A stretch of 63,759 nt of DNA, filler included, from Dirinaria sp. TL-2023a (taxonomy: Eukaryota), in NCBI GenBank assembly GCA_051941275.1. It is 13 parts of 13 records of this genome, joined end to end, with 100 filler letters (N's around TTAATTAATTAA, not from the genome) between each part and the next. Parts side by side here need not be neighbours in the genome. Positions count along the whole stretch, not along the records: positions 1 to 4,854 come from JAVEBF010001762.1; positions 4,955 to 9,780 come from JAVEBF010001763.1; positions 9,881 to 14,705 come from JAVEBF010001764.1; 10 more parts are not named here. One strand, given 5' to 3'. This document shows, one piece after another, positions 1 to 11,448 of this stretch. Position 1 is the first letter of the stretch, and every line of letters begins with the position of its first letter. Both the position numbers and the translations under genes were made by a program. Below the pieces are notes generated by a model. The model had not been told where the DNA came from. It was given only the letters and a program-made list of their open reading frames with translations, and made no database searches.

Positions 1-1770
1 GTCAAAAATTCACTCTCGGGTGTCGGTGTCGACACCCTCGACACCATCACATCATGCCCGGTTAACCTTGAGTCGAGTACCTTGGCTAAACCTGTGCTGA
101 CCAAGCTTACTCTTCACATTCTCGATAAGATTGAAATGGTCGAAGGAATGGTCCACCTTGATGCTATACCATGGCATTTCAACATGTTCAATTTCGTGAC
201 TCAGAGTCGCTTAGAATCCTTCGGGTCCAGCAGCAAAGCCACATACTGCTGCCTAGACGCACTCCTCACATCCTGCTCTGGAGGATGAGTCATTTCTGAA
301 GCCAGAATCAAAAGCTTCTGCATTCCAGTCATTTACCAGCACGGACAGACCCTCCGATCTCGTCTCGCATCTTATGTTTAAAGATGCATACCATGCGTAC
401 CCTTACTGATTCCCTCGAGAACATTCTCCACCCGGACTCCCGCATGACGACGACCCGCACATGGTAACAGTCGTGAGCCATATCAGGGCTCAATGGACCA
501 CATTGCCTTCGTTTCCCCCGGCTACATGCCCCGCCGATCCCACTGTCTCCGGACTTGAAGTGGTAACCACCAACGAGCCCGGCATCTCGTCCATTGTCCG
601 GACGTACGAGCTCAATCCTCGGCAAGACGGTTACATCGGTGCGAAACGCAACCCGGACAGGTACACGCTCGACACCATTTGGCGCAAAAAGCTGGCTAAG
701 ACGTTCAACCACATTTTTGTGGACGTGATGCGCTGGCTTCCAAGCGTGAGCTACCTCGTTAGGCATATGCACCCGCCTAATCTTTCCATTTGGGCGATTC
801 CCTTCCCGCAGGACACGAGCGGAGAAAACGGGGCGGCGCCGGAGTCGTCGCTTGTATAGCAGGAGTGCTGGGACACGAACGTTTTACTACTGCCTGCATT
901 CTTGGCGAAGGGGGTGAAGATTCGCGCAACAGTTGGCCATGAGGGTCAGGAAGAGTCATGCGAGGCTGAGCTGGGACTATTTGAACAAAGCAGCCGGTAT
1001 GAGATTTGGTATTTGAAGGCTGCGGTGAGCGTAAAGTTTTATGTGGAGGGTGCTTTTGAGAGAAACGAGGGGCCTGCGGCGGTCATGGCTGTGGGCAGCG
1101 TATGCAATGACAGCCACGAACAGGTTCCTTGTCGTGAGACCCATCGGTAAGCACACAGCGAATTAGAAAGAAACCTAAAATGATTTGGAGGCAATCGACT
1201 GTGCCTGTCGGTGAATGCTATCGTCCGGCTTGTAGTAATTTCCTTGATTGTCGATAGAAGTGCCTCGATAAGCGGTGGTTTACGAAGTCAGATTGAGACC
1301 ATGTAATCGTTAAACGCATTCTTCTTCAGGGTTCTCTGTATCGACAACCCTTGGAGGAAATTTTTCTCGATTGTTCCTTACTGTCGTTCTTTCTGTGTCA
1401 ATCACTTCTTGTTTTAGCCAGTATTTGTGCCGCAATCCCATCACCGCCACTCACCCTTCTACTCCACATCAGAATGCCCTAGAAATTTCCCAGCCATCTT
1501 CTAGTCGCTTTTCCATCAATATTCTGCCGCATCTGATGCCTGCCTGCTTCTCTGCTAGTTGTTTTGGGCTGGTCTTCATTCGCTTCGCCGCGGCTGCATT
1601 CCCCACCTTTATGATACCGAGTTTCTCCATCTCTTGGCAGCATCCTCGCCCTTGGAGATCCGACAATATACTCAGACAATTGTTCGGAGGTAAAGCATTC
1701 TCCTAGATGCTGTACGACACCATGATATGAGAACCTGTAATTCAAAGAATGGCACTGGAGAAACGAAAAG

Positions 1771-1925
1771 TACTCGTTTTCACCTACTTTCTTGCCTCAC
1801 CTACTTTCTTGTCACGGTTAGAGTTACACGCAGTTTTTCACTTAGGGTTGATGAAAGGTATCTTACCTTACCTTACCTTAATGGGGTGAAAAATCGGCTG
1901 TAAACCTAACCCTGACAAGAAAGTA
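1771..1925. mobile_element. Degenerate MITE, same family as 45133-45296, right end truncated
   Basis: Starts TACTCGTTTTCACCTACTTTCTTG (one mismatch to the 45133 left TIR). Has the same internal TCACCTAC...TTTCTTG duplication. 1802-1828 is an inverted repeat of 1899-1925 with 3 mismatches. Confidence 0.75.
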
Positions 1926-3002
1926 CCTCTTACGGTACCTTAGCTGGGATCGCCCGATAAACTTCGGCAAGGGTGGCTTTTTTGTTAGCCCGAGGGCCTT
2001 ACTCTACTCGTATGGCTGCTTCCCAAAAATGAACATCATTACGAGCAAGAAGACGCGCACGTTGACGACAAATTACATGGCGCTGCATCCTCGAGATACT
2101 ATTGCTTAGCATTTCATCGATACACTTTGGTGTATTTCATCATTCGACAGTCAGTATGGCAAGTTGTAGGTCCCACATGGGGAGCGATTGAGGTGCCTTA
2201 GCAGGAACGGCTAAGGGTTCACGATAGCAGCATTTCAGACGGCCACTTTGGCCAATTAGGGCGGAAACAAGTGGACAAAATTTCAGGACCTAAGACCGCA
2301 TCCACCGGCTTACATTCAACGATGGACGGATTTGCGTTACTACGAAACTCCAGGTACAAAGGGATTGTCCGTAGCGGCCTAAAGCCTACAACTTGAGAAT
2401 GTTGTTCTGTATGTGCTGCTAGGTTGGCAAAGCTTCATTTTGATAGATGTTAGCTCATACAGCTCCTCTAGGTAAGCAGTGAAGTGGATTCGGAGCGTCG
2501 AAGCTTAGCAAGAAACCACGAGCTCCATCATCGACTGAGTGCCTTTCATTACCGTGAGAAGACCTGCTGACTTTTCCTACATTTCGAAGTGGATCCAGTC
2601 ACTAAGGTGTTCATCTATCGAGCCAAATCGACTTCTGAGAATATCTCTCAGCCTTGAGAAGCTTTCCAACTTGCTCGAAGTTCAAGAACCGACTTCTGAG
2701 AGACCGATCTCGATAGTATTGAGGCGTCAGGAGAATACGCAATGGAAGCATGCGTGCAAGAAGTTGACACAATCGCCAAGTCTGCCCAGATCATGCTCAT
2801 CGTCAAACAGAGACGAAGGCTAAAGATAACTACATCAAGCTTTCCATAGAAGAATCAGAAAATTGCTTAATAAGTGTCTAACGTTACATGCATAGGGCGA
2901 AGTCCAGTTTCTATCCATCAAACAAGCCTCCGCATGCCAGTGTCTCCAACACCATCCTCCCTGTTTTCAAGATACTTTTCTGTACCACCTTCGTCCACAA
3001 AT

Positions 3003-3785
3003 CTAGTGTCTTGGGGGCCCCCAGAGATCTGAAAGGTCTGATTCAGACAGCCCGTCGTATCCGCCATCGCTGTCCTCGTCATCATCGTATCCGTCGTCGG
3101 GGTATGAATCATGATTCCTACCCCAACCACTTCCGTAATCAGGTGGTCCGTGAGGCCCTCCGTGGGTCCCGCCATAATGATCTGATCTACCTCCGTGATG
3201 TCCTGCGGGACCCTCCATGCTGGAAGCACTGGAGATGTCAGATAGGCCATCGTCGTCATCGAATCTGGGATCTCCTCTGTGACCCGGCCCTCCGTGAGGT
3301 CCGTCATAGTGGCCTTGTCTGCCTCGGTGATGTGGTACATGGATACCGCCGCCAAATGCACCAAACTGTGCTGACAGGCCACCATCGTTCACGTGCTGAA
3401 TACCTGCCTCCGCGAGCGCTTCGGCAGGATATTGAGGTACCACTGCAATGTGAGGTGGCAGCGCGCGAAAACGTGAACATAGCGGGTTATGGAGTCCTCC
3501 GATCGGAGAAGTGCACTCTCGCGATGAAGTAGGACTACAACCAATGAGGTGTCGAGTGTTCATCATGAATGAGTTAGCCACCCCTCTGTCTAAGCGCAAA
3601 ATCTCGTTCAGCTCCAGGTACGTGCAGTCATGCCATAGTCGCCGAGCATCAATACGTCCTTCCAAATAGGCGATCACTGCGCCACTAGGTCTGGGCCCGC
3701 CGCATTCTGGGTGTAGCCTCCGTGCATTTTCATAGGCACGACGGGCAACATTGTAGTATTGCATCCGGGAATGGTTGGAACCCAT
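3003..3785 (-). CDS. Hypothetical protein with Gly/His/Asp-rich low-complexity C-terminus and MGxxxS N-terminus
   Basis: Open 260-codon ORF. The ATG at 3785 follows a GCTAAC...TGCAG acceptor (5'UTR intron). TATAAAA-like box near 4034-4041 on the minus strand. Confidence 0.7.
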   Translation of the reverse strand: MGSNHSRMQYYNVARRAYENARRLHPECGGPRPSGAVIAYLEGRIDARRLWHDCTYLELNEILRLDRGVANSFMMNTRHLIGCSPTSSRECTSPIGGLHNPLCSRFRALPPHIAVVPQYPAEALAEAGIQHVNDGGLSAQFGAFGGGIHVPHHRGRQGHYDGPHGGPGHRGDPRFDDDDGLSDISSASSMEGPAGHHGGRSDHYGGTHGGPHGPPDYGSGWGRNHDSYPDDGYDDDEDSDGGYDGLSESDLSDLWGPPRH

Positions 3786-4854
3786 GGTCTGCAAGCGTTA
3801 GCACAGGTCTCGAAGTCATTGCCCGGAAGGGTAGATACTTGATATCAGTGTTTAGACAGTAACTCTTCGCATCTACGTGAACTCAACCAGTTGGTAGAGT
3901 ATTTGCGGAAACTCTGAGTGGAACCTGGCTTTGCTGAATTGGTGTTGGGAAGAATTTATCAGGAATATTGAGTCTTGTCTGTAAGCAGAAGCATGATGGT
4001 AAAGAGCAAGCCCAGGCACAGTCCCGGACATGGTTTTTATAGACCACAGAAGTGGGCTGTTGCCGTCATGTAATCATGGTGGAATCTAGTTCGAGTCAGC
4101 TCGAACCCATGACTCGATGTATGGAGCTGACTGACGCTGTTGGACCAACAAAGCCTCCGAGGTCAAAATAATATCATACCTGCAAAATTCATGACAGACG
4201 AGTGCCAGAAGGGTTCCTTACAGCGTCAGATTTTAACCATGACTCACGGTGAGATGCTCATGACCCTAGTAGGATATTAGCAGCTCTCCATTTCGGCACC
4301 TAACACTGTACAACTTGTTGAACGAGGTTCCACTCGTCTTCCTCTCGTCGAAAGCGATGAATTTTCCGTGATAAATTCATGCGCCACCTCAGCATTGAAT
4401 GGCTAAGGGGATGCCGGGTGGCAATTGCAGACCGACTAGTGAATGGACCCTCTAAAGGTACGAATTTCATTAGCTTTACATTATTCAGAGATCCTAGAAA
4501 CACTTGCAGGCTCCATTTAGCTAAAGCTTTCTATCTTCGACTATCTTGATCAAGACCTTTTTATTCCTTAGCGTGTCACTGACTACGTCGGCCACTACCT
4601 CAGTGCTCCAATTTGGGCAACGCTGCCAATGCTCCTAATCTCCGCTACCAGAGCCAACCAAAGGTTGACTGTTGCGACCACTTCGACAGGTAGCACAGGC
4701 AAATTTTCCGCTCCTCACCTCATCTTCGTGACCGGCGGACTCTTCGGCTGCACCAAAATTAGCAGTTCTGCGACGCATTCGGCGACGGCTTGCTTCTTCA
4801 ACGCCGGATATTGACCGGGCAATACCATCACCTTCTTGGTCCTCAGAGTCAGTT

Positions 4855-4954
4855 NNNNNNNNNNNNNNNNNNNNNNNNNNNNNNNNNNNNNNNNNNNNTT
4901 AATTAATTAANNNNNNNNNNNNNNNNNNNNNNNNNNNNNNNNNNNNNNNNNNNN
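4855..4954. other. Artificial contig-joining spacer N44-TTAATTAATTAA-N44 (first of 12)
   Basis: The same 100-nt spacer recurs at 9781, 14706, 19626, 24543, 29455, 34366, 39269, 44171, 49073, 53973 and 58871. TTAATTAATTAA puts stops in all six frames. Contig lengths fall steadily from 4854 to 4789. Confidence 0.99.
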
Positions 4955-5836
4955 GTTGAGGGGTCTGTTGGGGGCATCTGGGGTTTTTTGAGTGTACTGT
5001 GGATAGGAGGAGGTTGGGTTTCGTGGTTGGGTGAAAGTAGAGGCGCTGCAACGTTCGATTCAGGTTGGATAGAAGAGCCTTGCTTCTGGCTTTAGTCTCT
5101 TATTTCAATGTGAGTACAATCACAGACTACGGTTTTTTGTTTTTGGAATGGATATCATGGCTCTTGTCTTGGTCGTAGAGATCTGGTTGAAGGATGAATG
5201 GAGGTATCATATTTGGCGTGTGCATAAGTGTTGCAAGTCCTTGGCCCCTCATTCCTCCCCATCTGCGCAGGTTTATGCCAGTATCGATATCCTCATGATA
5301 TTCTTTTACCTAAACAGCGCCCAATTGACCGATTTCGAAGCTTCGATATTGTCATCACACACAATTTTCGATGTTGATTTGTCATTGTCAATGGATATAT
5401 GTTGGGACATGCTTGGATAGTATACACTCAATTTTTGCAATTTTTTTTTAAAAATGCCGCACATTGCTCTTAAACTCAAATAGTAGTTGCTCTTTCTTTT
5501 CTATGCTTCTAAATCAATCAATTGGCTGGTATTGGCATCAACCTGCATAAGGTATGTGAGAAGGAAGAAAGCTGTTCAGGGGCCAAGGAGTTGCAACACT
5601 TTGTGCACACGCCACATTACGTAAGCTGCCAGACCTCTATCAACCTTACTTTATTCGTCTATCCAGACAGTTCAACCTTTCCGAAGAAGCCTACATAGCT
5701 CCGGTCATTCCCGGAACCAAGTAGCATGACTTATAATGCACCAGAGTATGCGGAAATGGATCCTGAATGCCCAACCTTCATAATGCGATCATAGAGTGGG
5801 GGTGTAGCAGATCTCAGATATTCCTTTCTTTCGACT

Positions 5837-7978
5837 ATGCCTCGCTTTCTCCCGGGATTTTATTATGACGAGGCAAAAGGAAAATACTTCAAGGTCCAGC
5901 CTAGTCACGCTGTTCCTCAGGACTCCAAGTACTCCGCACAAAATATCAAGCTGCAGCAAGAAAATGCCATGGTAGGTCAACGCAAATGCATCAAGTCAAA
6001 TCACGAATGTTACTACCACTAAAATAGTCGAACACTGGCTTTCAATAATTGAAAAGTATTGATCTGACACCAATTTTTGACAGTATGAAAAGCAGAAAGC
6101 AGAAAAAAGTCAACGCAATCGAAACAGCCGCATTCAGAAGCACCCGGCGCTTCAGCATGCTCTTGTTGGAGGATTCAGACTGACTAGCGAGGCCGGCATC
6201 TCTCGAGTTGATCCATCGACTGTCGTTAATGATGCCTGGGTGAAAGGTCTCGACCGCGAATGGTTCATACAAGACCCTTTGGGAAAGCAAGCCGAAATCA
6301 GGCATCTCGTTTACGATGACGCTTCCACCTGCTTCATCTACAATCTAACCAAGGATAAATCATCTTTCATACAGAGGTAAGCCAAATCTATGGAATACAT
6401 ATTGCTTTCTCTCTTTGGCTTGTCGCAAGAACTTGAGCCCCAGAGAAGACTGCGTCTGCCATTGGCGGAGCATCCGCGTTTCTGATGTCAAACGATCACA
6501 AGACTGCGGAGCGTAAGCTGTGAGGAGGTTGAGGCCACAACTGAGTGCTGACTTCGAGCTTATCGAGACCCTGACGATCAGAACTGAGACTAGCATTGCC
6601 TGTCAGTTGATGTATCCGCCTAGTCCAAAGTCTTTATTTGGGCAAGGTAGTCTCTCAGACCTAGCAATCTACCTTGCTGAAAAACTGTATGTGGCTCTTG
6701 GGCCTCGATGCTGGCGCAGAAGCCCCTTGATCGGATCGCTTTTTGATGACTATCATGACACTCTGTTTGTGAATTTGCTAAAATTGGTTCAGTGGCTTTC
6801 TAGAAGCGCAGAGAGAAGCCAGAATGCCATCTTTTCAGGGTGGTAAACAGTTTGTGACCGAAGCTAGCTACCAATTGCTTTTGACCCATGGCATTGAGGT
6901 AAGAGAATTCAATAGTTGCCAACGGCCCACTGATGACAGACAGATAAGCTCAATATCGATAGACGTAAATCGTGTTATCCTGTGAGTCCTTTAATATCGA
7001 TTGGTGCAGATAAATGCATGGGCTCTTTTGATGTCCTTCGTACGGTAGGCGGTTTCAAAGCGCAGAAAATCATTTCCTGGCTAATTTTGTAAGAATTCTG
7101 ACTTTACCATAACTCGATTAGTTTTACGACGTATGATACCATGTTCCTCCGAAAGCTAATCCAACCCGAGACTTTCTTCGATGATCAACGCCAGCATAGT
7201 GGATTGGATACTATGGTAGATCATCCTGCAGTAAACATCTCCGTTCATACGGACATTTGGTGTTCAGCAGCGCGTCAGCTCGAGCCAGGCTTCGCTGTTG
7301 GCCACACTGGCTGCGTAAACGTAATTACGCCCAGGGAGTCTGGATGGGATTTCTCCGGATTCGGCCAGCCTAGGGGATCGAAGCTTTCAAGCACTGATAG
7401 GGTGCAAGCCATAGACTGGTTGGATCGCAACACCATTGTTGAGGGCGTCAGATCCGGAAAAGTCCTACTAATGGACGTCCGAAGTCGTGACTCAGCCATT
7501 CGAATTCTTCATGGGAAAGGAATACATCATGCCAGAGCTCTGGGTAGTAATCAAGTTGTAATTGCAGGGACGAAAAACCAGGTAAACCAAACCACTGCGG
7601 ATCAGTATTCAAAAAGTGAAAACTCACCACTGTATTCACCAGCTCTGTACCTATGACCTTCGCTACCTCCCAATGACCAAGCCGCAGAGTGCCACTGAGC
7701 CATACATCAGGTTTCCCGACTATGCCAGCAACGACGTAATACGTGGCTTTGATGTCAGTAGGAGTTTAGTTGTCTCGGGAGCTCCGAACGGCACCCTGCA
7801 AGTCTTCAACTCCTGCACAGGGGAGGAAATAGATCGCCAATGGGCACTCTTGCCGGGAGATCGAGGCTGGCGGCAGGAGGCCAGTGTCAAGAGTTTGTCC
7901 TTTGTCGACAGGGTCGGCCGGAAAAATAGCCCTCACTTGCTTGTCGCCGCTGGCAATGAGTTGTCAGGCTGGTGCTGA
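5837..7978 (+). CDS. DCAF4/WDR21-like WD40-repeat protein (multi-exon; internal exon structure 6377-7120 uncertain)
   Basis: N-terminal LPGFYYDEAKGKYFKV motif typical of the DCAF4 family. WD-like segments GVRSGKVLLMDVRS, LCTYDLRY and LQVFNSCTGEEI. Several GT-AG introns. Confidence 0.75.
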
Positions 7979-8913
7979 AAAGACTCTACCTGCTGGTCTG
8001 TGCTATACCTGCATCATTCAATACAGAACCCAATTTTGAAGATAGCGACACTGTTGGCTTGGCCGAATGATGAGCCGCCGCCCGTTCTAGTCGTGATGAG
8101 AAGGACCTAAATTCTTGCTGGTCACACCTATTGCATTCTGCATCTCGACACTAGGATCCTCAGGCCGTGGCGCATGCGAAGTGGTGACTTATCAATCTTC
8201 TCAGGCCACCCAATCACCTCCAGACGCCCTCAGCTCCGATCCTCTTTCCAGCTGGACCGCCACTGGAGTTCTGTTCTCGTTCAATATACAAATCAGAGTA
8301 AGAAGTCTTGCGCGAGGCAGCTCATACGAAGAAAAAAGCTCGCAGCCGGGTGATCAGATATTCTGCAACCAGAGAATCCTTCCATGGGCTGTTATCGAAA
8401 TGAATACTCTTTTAGACCCTCCATTCATAGAATTTTGAAAGCTACACACCGAACAGTAGAATTGAGAGAAGAAAAAATCGGGAGAATTTACCTCAAAGTA
8501 AGAGAATGGTCGAAGAATGAGAGCTGAATTGGCAGGTAACAGTCAATGTATTATACGACAATCCCGGCTGGACCATAGATTAATTGGAAAGGTTCATCAA
8601 GCTTTTGTGAGATATAGGCCGCATTATCGTCATCGAGGAATCCACGCCGCCGTGCATCCAACCAACACCACATAAAAATCGTCGCGTTCATCCACAGACT
8701 CTGGTCGACATTCAGATCATAGATTGGTGCGCCGTTTCCCAATGTCCGCTATGTAACCGTGATGCTATTCATTCCCGCCGGCGTCAGGGTGGGCCTGGTC
8801 TCGACTGCCGGGTCTGCTATGTTGCGCATATCTCTCGCTGCCCAACACCACCGGTCTCGACCTATGGCGCCAGAAAAAAAATCAACAAAACCACGCTTTC
8901 AAAAGACAAGAAA

Positions 8914-9741
8914 TCACATCTGGCTCTCGCCACGCTTAGCTTCGTACCGCATCACGTCCAGGCTACGTGGGAAATAGCTCTGCAGACCGATCTTGCTCTT
9001 GAGGAACGCGCCCGTCTTCTCCAGCCTCTTCACGTCGCGCCCGACCACCCACGGCGGCTCCTCCTGCCCCGCCTGTGACAGCCGCTGCCGGATCACGTCG
9101 ACCATGGCGTCATCGAGTTTCGAGTAGAATTGCGCGCGCGACGTCTGGTCTGCTTCGTTGTTCCAGCCGTCGTCGCCGCCGTGCGAGTTCAGGTTGCCGC
9201 CCAGCTTGATGATAAGTTCGAACGCGAGCGCGGCGCCCGTCGGCAGCGTCGAGAGCTCCGAGATGGGCGGGAGGAGGCTCAGCAGCGTCGTGGCGAAGGT
9301 GGATGTGGGCAGGTGCGTGGTGAGCGAGTCTTGCAGGCGGTGCAGGTCCCCGTTCAGCACCGTCATCTTGCGGTCGATGTGGTAATTGAGCGTTTGCGCG
9401 GATGAGGGATCGTTGGCGTTCATCGCGGAGGCGATGCGTGGTGGGACGTCTGTTAATCCAAAAGAGCTGGTCAGCGGGGTATTCTCTTTCTCACTCCCTC
9501 GGAGATATGGGGGGAGCCATTGTCTGTTGTAAGGAAGGGGGGAAGAGAAATCCCATCGCAACTTACCAGCTCTCAACCCCCGCTTATCGATCCAAGCATG
9601 CATATCGGCCCGCTCATCCTCCAACTGCTGCACGGACAGCGTCATATCCTCCAGCTCGTTCCTCAAATGCTCGATCTGATCCAGATAAGGTCGGATGGCC
9701 TCATTAAAAGCCTTGGTCAACGGATCCGGCGCCGGCGCCAT
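8914..9741 (-). CDS. Fungal hypothetical protein with N-terminal coiled coil; intron 9450-9566
   Basis: 275-codon ORF with strong GC3 bias outside a compositionally distinct GTAAGT...TTAACAG segment (117-nt in-frame intron). Confidence 0.8.
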   Translation of the reverse strand: MAPAPDPLTKAFNEAIRPYLDQIEHLRNELEDMTLSVQQLEDERADMHAWIDKRGLRAGKLRWDFSSPLPYNRQWLPPYLRGSEKENTPLTSSFGLTDVPPRIASAMNANDPSSAQTLNYHIDRKMTVLNGDLHRLQDSLTTHLPTSTFATTLLSLLPPISELSTLPTGAALAFELIIKLGGNLNSHGGDDGWNNEADQTSRAQFYSKLDDAMVDVIRQRLSQAGQEEPPWVVGRDVKRLEKTGAFLKSKIGLQSYFPRSLDVMRYEAKRGESQM

Positions 9742-9998
9742 TGTGCCTGTTCCCCCTCCCCCTCCTCCTCCACCAATGCCNNNNNNNNNNNNNNNNNNNN
9801 NNNNNNNNNNNNNNNNNNNNNNNNTTAATTAATTAANNNNNNNNNNNNNNNNNNNNNNNNNNNNNNNNNNNNNNNNNNNNTGGGGGGTATTTGATTTAGA
9901 TGCATGAGAAGATTTGGGTTTTTTTTTTTTTTTTTTTTTTCTTTTTTTTGTTTCTCCCCACGTAGGAGAAAAAATTTGATACGAGATGATGAACTTAC

Positions 9999-10584
9999 CG
10001 AGGGCAATTTCGGAATCACGACGCCCATTGTGGCCAGAAAATTCACCATAAACGCCCAGCCTTCATAATGGGTATAGTGCGTGCTCAGGAGAAACAAGAC
10101 GACGGGGGTGATGAGGAGGAATTTCTTGGTCGGCGTGTACTGGTCACCGTTGTCGATCTGCTCCCACATGTTCAGGTTGTCGTAGGCGCCAGCGTTGAAC
10201 TCGAAGGGCACGCCCTGCACGTAGTGGAACATCAGGTACGAGCCGAACATGTAGGTGATGTTGGTCAGCGTCCAGGAGGTTTCTTGGCCGAGTGAGAGCG
10301 TGCTGAAGAGGATTTTGAGCAGCGCTATTAGCAGGATGTGGATCGTCCATGCGCCTGTAAATCCGGCGACAGAATTAGTCTTTTTCATTTCGTTGGTCTT
10401 TGATTTATAACTTCTGTAATTCGTATGGAAAGGGGGCATTGAGGAGCATACCTTTCGCGTTCACCCAATCCGCATTCAAATTTGGCAGTGCTGATTGATC
10501 ACTCATATGTTCTATGCTCTCCGGGGGCTCCTGATACAGCAGGCTGCTGGAGCGTCTCCTCCGCCCTTTCTTGCCGTTGTTCAT
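9999..10584 (-). CDS. ORM1: ORM1/ORMDL sphingolipid homeostasis protein (3' end lost at the contig edge); exons 10584-10452 and 10354-9999
   Basis: RRRRSSS phosphosite cluster, NLNADWVNAKG/AW, SWTLTN, FHYVQGVPFEFNAGAYDNLNMWEQID, YTPTKKFL, STHYTHY, IPKLP. GTATGC..TTACAG intron and a further GTAAGT donor at 9998. Confidence 0.96.
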
Positions 10585-11448
10585 GCTTGCGTCGTCGGAA
10601 GCCGGGTTGCGGAAGGGTGTTTGGGGGAAGGAAACGGTTCGGGGGATTATCAAGGGAGACAGTTTGGCGGTGTTGGTTGGAGACCGAGGGGATAAATTGG
10701 GGGCGTTCCCTTTGTTGGGTGGGGTAAGGTAAGATACCACGGGAGCAAATAAGGCTGCGGTAGGCAACAAAAGTCAGCGGAGGAGGATTGTAGATACTCA
10801 AAGGCCTGAGATTGACTTTCGAGAAAGCAAATTTGAGTCAGAGGTAGACAGAAGAAAAGGAGATTCTCTTATACAAATGACGGAAATCATTAAACTGTGT
10901 GAGGATGTCGTACCAAATACCTTGAGTAACGAATGTCCGCAAATCACCTGCACAGGTGATAGCAATGACGGCAAGCCGCACGCCGGTGACAGAGATTCCA
11001 AGATTCGGGGGAGATGAATTGGCAGGAGGCCAGATTAGTATGACGTGTGTATGTCTGTGTGTACAGTATGTGTAAGGACTGCTCTGCTCTGGACTTGCGG
11101 ACCACGTAAGTGCTCGGGGCACGAGAACGCAGTACGAATATTGATTATTGCCTTATTACCTAAGTAAGGTCAGGTAAGTAAGAGCCTCTCAGAGCCTACT
11201 ACTGAGCTGCTCTGAACGGTCACGAAAAAAGCTTGGCGCCGTTGAACAGGGTCTGCGGCAGCTCACGTCGGCCCGATGCAATCCTTGCAAAGCGCGACTC
11301 CCGAGGCCGACCGTCACTGTTGGCGTCGATACTCTACCTTAGTTCTTCACTACAGGGGTTGTTCTTGCATGGGCATTGCAGCATGCTTGCTTAGGCAATG
11401 GGCATAGGACCGCCCGCGAGTCCATGACGAGCGCTGCAGACAGCAACC

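Noticed and set aside
281..859. Plus-strand ORF 461-859 with an upstream in-frame extension across one stop
   Set aside because: May be a terminal exon or pseudogene fragment, but there is no recognisable domain or clear splice structure.
2888..3532. 214-aa plus-strand ORF and other overlapping ORFs (e.g. 12400-13023, 49839-50306)
   Set aside because: Antisense or alternate-frame shadows of real coding regions, with no motifs of their own.
4899..4910. Regularly spaced TTAATTAATTAA palindromes as a biological repeat
   Set aside because: Always centred in N runs; an artificial six-frame stop linker.
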